Source: an uncultured Pseudomonadales bacterium
GTDB lineage: Bacteria; Patescibacteriota; Microgenomatia; UBA1400; PJMF01
DNA: 64,000 bases
Assembly: GCA_964620965.1 (NCBI GenBank)
Contig: CAZUHV010000003.1
Span: forward strand, 226,093-290,092
Direction: 5' to 3'
In this document: positions 63,434 to 64,000 of the stretch, piece by piece
Position numbering within the stretch: the stretch's first letter is position 1
Layout of the letters: every line of letters starts with the position of its first letter
Translations under genes and position numbers: made by a program
The notes under the pieces: generated by a model
Database searches by the model: none
The model's input: the letters and a program-made list of their open reading frames with translations, nothing else
What the model was told of the DNA's origin: nothing

Positions 63434-64000
63434 ATGATGAGAAAACTTTTCGCTCAGTTGGGTAAGTTTCGATCTCAAGCCGGTTTTACAATGATCGAGC
63501 TTTTGATTGTTATCGCTATATTAGGTATTTTGGCTGTTGCTGTTCTTTCTGCAATCAACCCTGTTGAGCAGATTAACAGAGGTCGTGATACTGGTTCACG
63601 TTCTGATGCTGAGCAGTTACTCAGTGCTATTGACCGTTACAATGCCTTTGCAGGTTATTACCCATGGCAAAATGGTGCTTCTGATGATGTTTATGATGTT
63701 GCCTGGACAACTTGGGATGCAATAGATGCTTTCACACAAAACACAACAGGCTGTAATGTCTCTGATTTGTTAAGTGCTGGTAATGGGGCTTGTACAGGAT
63801 CAAATGAGTTGAAAATAACTTTCTTTAACAGAATTTTTGATACTGGATATAACCACCTCATGATTTATCATGGTACTGAAGCATCAAACAGCACCTATGT
63901 TTGTTTTGCTCCAAAGTCCGATGCTTTCAAAACAGAAGCAACAAATAGAGTTACCGCAGGTGTCCCTGCTGATTATCCAGCTGAAGCTGTAGATAATGCT
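63434..64000 (+). CDS. Type IV pilin / pseudopilin (prepilin-type N-terminal cleavage/methylation domain), 3'-partial at the window end
   Basis: Class III signal peptide MMRKLFAQLGKFRSQAG|FTMIELLIVIAILGILAVAV, translated by hand in frame 2. Absent from the ORF track because it has no stop in the window. Two Cys pairs in the C-terminal region. Confidence 0.85.
   Translation, partial: MMRKLFAQLGKFRSQAGFTMIELLIVIAILGILAVAVLSAINPVEQINRGRDTGSRSDAEQLLSAIDRYNAFAGYYPWQNGASDDVYDVAWTTWDAIDAFTQNTTGCNVSDLLSAGNGACTGSNELKITFFNRIFDTGYNHLMIYHGTEASNSTYVCFAPKSDAFKTEATNRVTAGVPADYPAEAVDNA

Overview
This window is a low-GC (roughly 35-40% by eye), gene-dense bacterial chromosomal segment that uses the standard genetic code, and most of it encodes housekeeping functions. 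I saw no rRNA genes and no CRISPR array. The repertoire is consistent with a reduced-genome bacterium, possibly of the CPR/Patescibacteria type. This placement is an inference from the archaeal-type UMP kinase, the short EF-Ts, the compact divergent queA/tgt pair and a complete type IV pilus ATPase/platform/pilin set.

Genes I can support from the sequence:
- Translation and tRNA modification: cysS, the rpsF-ssb-rpsR operon, prfA, rpmE, hisS, rpsB-tsf, queA, tgt, an RluA/RluD-family pseudouridine synthase, tRNA-Leu(CAA) and tRNA-Ala(GGC).
- Replication and topology: dnaB, a holB-like gene, and a gyrB - DHH phosphoesterase - gyrA block.
- Metabolism: glmS, glyA, folD, nfo, eno, archaeal-type pyrH, ychF, and an M24 Xaa-Pro aminopeptidase (PepP-like).
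- Envelope and transport: lgt, lspA, ctpA, a MsbA-like ABC exporter, an ArsB/NhaD-family permease, an EamA transporter, an LCP-like protein and a large polytopic membrane protein.
- A type IV pilus cluster at the 3' end: pilB (with a long low-complexity N-terminal extension), pilT, pilC and a pilin gene running off the window.

The region most worth a second look is an about 5 kb low-coding-density accessory segment (about 45.6-50.6 kb) wedged between housekeeping genes. Its features:
- a 1.3 kb AT-rich stretch with no convincing ORF;
- several families of short repeated motifs (a 16-nt direct repeat, TTTGAGCCTC x3, AGCCTGGTA x4 or more, TGTCGCAAAA-like x3);
- one perfect DnaA box;
- three small hypothetical proteins, including an operonic pair on the minus strand (a glycine-zipper membrane protein followed by an acidic helical protein);
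- a XerC/XerD-type tyrosine recombinase gene directly upstream of tRNA-Ala;
- a strongly Shine-Dalgarno-led 39-aa ultra-hydrophobic peptide gene next to a perfect 9-bp GC hairpin;
- a 12-nt direct repeat shared between the tRNA-Ala 3' flank and the far boundary.

I read this as a tRNA-associated integrated element carrying uncharacterised cargo, possibly a toxin/immunity or addiction module plus an iteron-like origin or regulatory region. All functional assignments inside it are inference.
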